Below are positions 61,724 through 64,000 of a stretch of DNA of 64,000 nt, in pieces. Position numbers and translations under genes: made by a program. How positions within the stretch are numbered: the first letter of the stretch is position 1; each line of letters begins with the position of its first letter. Source of the stretch: Smithella sp. (GTDB taxonomy: Bacteria; Desulfobacterota; Syntrophia; Syntrophales; Smithellaceae); the NCBI GenBank assembly GCA_035350895.1, contig DAOPVC010000001.1, positions 2,304 to 66,303 on the forward strand. The letters are read 5' to 3'. The notes beneath the pieces are model-generated. The model saw only the letters and a program-made list of their open reading frames with translations. It ran no database searches and was not told the DNA's origin.

Positions 61724-63748
61724 ATGTTTCTGCGCCGTAAAAGAACCAATAAAAAAAACGGAGGGGAAGTCAGAAAACTTTCGCTGCTTTTTAATATACT
61801 TCTGGGGATCATTGTCTTTATCTTGATTGTCACGGTTACCGGTGTGGCCGGATTTTACGCTTTCACCATGGATTTGCCCGGCATTGACGCGCTCAAAGAT
61901 TATCGTCCCAGCATTTCCTCCCGTGTTTACGATGACAAAAACGAACTGATTGATGAATTTTTTCTGGAGGACAGAAAACTCATCAAAATTAATGAAGTTC
62001 CCAGAGTTGCGATCCAGGCTTTCGTTGCCGCGGAGGATTCCCGTTTTTTCGAACACAAGGGTTTTGATGTACAAAGTATTTTTCGGGCGGTTTTTAAAAA
62101 TCTTGAAGCGGGGCACATCATCCAGGGTGGCAGCACCATCACGCAGCAGGTGGCCAAGATGATGTATCTCTCTCCCGAAAAAAAATATACCCGTAAATTC
62201 AAGGAGGCCATTCTCGCTTATAAGATCGACCGGTATCTGACCAAAGAGGAGATCCTTAATTTATATTTAAATCAGATTTACCTCGGACATGGAACTTACG
62301 GCGTGGAATCGGCATCTCTCGGTTATTTCGGAAAGAGCGCGCGGGAGTTGAAATTGCATGAAGCGGCCCTGCTGGCGGGCATGCCGAAAGCGCCCAGCAA
62401 TTATTCCCCTTTTCTTCATTACGACAAAGCCAAGCAAAGGCAGTATTACGTTCTGACGCGCATGGTAGAGGACGGCTACATTTCCAGGGAGCAAATGGAG
62501 AAAGCCTACAAGGTTCCGCTGAACCTGCGTCCGATCAGGCCCAAAGACAAAATGGCGGCTTATTTTGTTGAAAATGTTCGTCGTTACGTTCAGGAAAAAT
62601 ACGGCGCCGATGTTTTGTATAAAGAAGGCCTTTCCATTTATACGACGCTGGATCTGAATGCGCAGAAATATGCCGGCGAAGCGATGGAACGGGGATTGAA
62701 GGAACTTGAGGAAAGAAATAAATATCAGCCGGGGCTTGTTCAGGGCGCGCTTTTCTGTATGGACGTGAAAACAGGGGCCATTCGCGCAATGATCGGCGGG
62801 CGTGACTTCAATAAAAGCGAATTTAACCGCGCGACGCAATCGCGGCGGCAACCCGGATCGGCTTTTAAGCCGATCATTTATACGGCGGCTTTTGATAAAG
62901 GCATGACGCCGGCAACCGTATTCGACGACGCGCCGATCGCCGTGAATGACGTGTCTCAGGAAAACGGCGTCTGGAGCCCGAAAAATTTCGACGGCAAATT
63001 TATGGGGCCGATCACCATGAGGACCGCTCTTGTCCTGTCCCGCAATGTCGTCACGGTTAAAATCCTGCAGGAAATCGGAATCGACTACGCCATATCGTAC
63101 GCCATGAACATGGGAATCACGTCGCCCCTGGACCACGCATTATCTCTGGCATTGGGCGTGTCCGGTGTGACCTTGCAGGAGCTTGTGCAGGTTTACGGTG
63201 TCCTGGCCAACCAGGGTCAGAAGGTAACGCCTTATTTTATAAAAAAAATTGTAGACCGCACGGGCAATGTTTTTGAAGAAACCAAAGTTCAACCGGAGCA
63301 GGTCATCGATCCGCGCATCGCGTACATCGCGACTCATGTTATGCAGGACGTCGTGACCATGGGTACCGGTACGAGAGTCAGAAGCATCGGAAGGCCGGTT
63401 GCCGCAAAAACCGGAACGACCAACGATACGCGCGACGCCTGGTTTATCGGCATGACGCCTTCCTTGATTGCCGGAGTCTGGGTCGGGTTTGACCAGGAAG
63501 CTTCTCTGGGATCGCAGGAAGTCGGAGGAAGAGCGGCGGCTCCCATCTGGCTCTATTTCATGGAAAAGACATTGCAGAATACACCGGTGGAGTCATTTCC
63601 CGTTCCGGAAGGCATTGTCTTTGAAAAAATCAATCCCAAGACGGGAGAACCCGCCGGACCTTCGGAAAAAGGGACCAATGAAGCCTTTCTTCAGGGAACT
63701 TCACCGGGCAGCAGCCTGGGCGACGGAATAAAAAGCCTGTTTCGCTGA
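61724..63748 (+). CDS. mrcA: Penicillin-binding protein 1A (bifunctional glycosyltransferase/transpeptidase)
   Basis: GT51 motifs EDSRFFEHKGFD and GGSTITQQ. Transpeptidase motifs SAFKP, SRN and KTGTT. N-terminal TM anchor. Confidence 0.92.
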   Translation: MFLRRKRTNKKNGGEVRKLSLLFNILLGIIVFILIVTVTGVAGFYAFTMDLPGIDALKDYRPSISSRVYDDKNELIDEFFLEDRKLIKINEVPRVAIQAFVAAEDSRFFEHKGFDVQSIFRAVFKNLEAGHIIQGGSTITQQVAKMMYLSPEKKYTRKFKEAILAYKIDRYLTKEEILNLYLNQIYLGHGTYGVESASLGYFGKSARELKLHEAALLAGMPKAPSNYSPFLHYDKAKQRQYYVLTRMVEDGYISREQMEKAYKVPLNLRPIRPKDKMAAYFVENVRRYVQEKYGADVLYKEGLSIYTTLDLNAQKYAGEAMERGLKELEERNKYQPGLVQGALFCMDVKTGAIRAMIGGRDFNKSEFNRATQSRRQPGSAFKPIIYTAAFDKGMTPATVFDDAPIAVNDVSQENGVWSPKNFDGKFMGPITMRTALVLSRNVVTVKILQEIGIDYAISYAMNMGITSPLDHALSLALGVSGVTLQELVQVYGVLANQGQKVTPYFIKKIVDRTGNVFEETKVQPEQVIDPRIAYIATHVMQDVVTMGTGTRVRSIGRPVAAKTGTTNDTRDAWFIGMTPSLIAGVWVGFDQEASLGSQEVGGRAAAPIWLYFMEKTLQNTPVESFPVPEGIVFEKINPKTGEPAGPSEKGTNEAFLQGTSPGSSLGDGIKSLFR

Positions 63749-64000
63749 CCCTGATTGCAAGCCTCTGTTGCGCTTTAAGGGCTGAACGATAATCGTCGCT
63801 GTCTAAAAAAAATATTGTTGACAAAGATTTTTTTTTCCGTTATTGAAAGCGCAAAGTAACTCAATGGAATGAATTTGTTATGTTTCTTAAAGTTTTAAAA
63901 AGCGGCATTATCCGGGTACTGAATAAAGTACTGGTCCTCGTAGTAGTCGTACTTACGGGGTCTGCCGCTCTGTATCTTTAAGAAATCAGAATAAAAGATA

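Noticed and set aside
63880-63981. 33-codon hydrophobic ORF (MFLKVLKSGIIRVLNKVLVLVVVVLTGSAALYL) near the window end, downstream of a TTGACA-N17-TATTGA promoter-like sequence.
   Set aside because: It has no ribosome-binding site and lies at the window edge with no downstream context. It cannot be distinguished from chance.

Overview
The window is mostly core genome from a diderm bacterium. LptD, TatAC, sigma-54 signalling, GatCAB and anaerobe-type radical SAM genes suggest a Desulfobacterota/deltaproteobacterial type, but that is a low-confidence inference. Bases 1-26.1 kb hold one co-directional ribosomal and RNA polymerase superoperon: rplJ(partial)-rplL-rpoB-rpoC-rpsL-rpsG-tuf-S10-spc-alpha. 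The rest is housekeeping: folC, lptD, a histidine kinase with a sigma-54 response regulator, queG, greA, moaA, rlpA, an L,D-transpeptidase, smc, ftsY, mtnA, gatCAB, tatAC and mrcA. I found no rRNA, tRNA, CRISPR array, transposase or integrase.

The best candidate for something new is a 59-69 nt hairpin-bearing repeat present three times. Two tandem copies lie in a long leader upstream of a glutamate formimidoyltransferase gene. One inverted copy lies in the mtnA leader. All three have the same orientation relative to the downstream gene, and the hairpin stem shows a compensatory base change between copies. This could be a cis-regulatory RNA or operator family, or a small repeat family.

Secondary oddities:
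- a perfect terminator-like hairpin between rpsJ and rplC
- no fusA between rpsG and tuf
- no adk between secY and map
- a structured, unusually long rpsC-rplP spacer
- a stand-alone 34-codon hydrophobic micro-gene with its own promoter, ribosome-binding site and terminator
- two translationally coupled gene pairs of unclear logic (P-loop ATPase with QueG-like, methyltransferase with AmmeMemoRadiSam-type radical SAM)

All calls come from reading the translations and sequence by eye. No database search was run.
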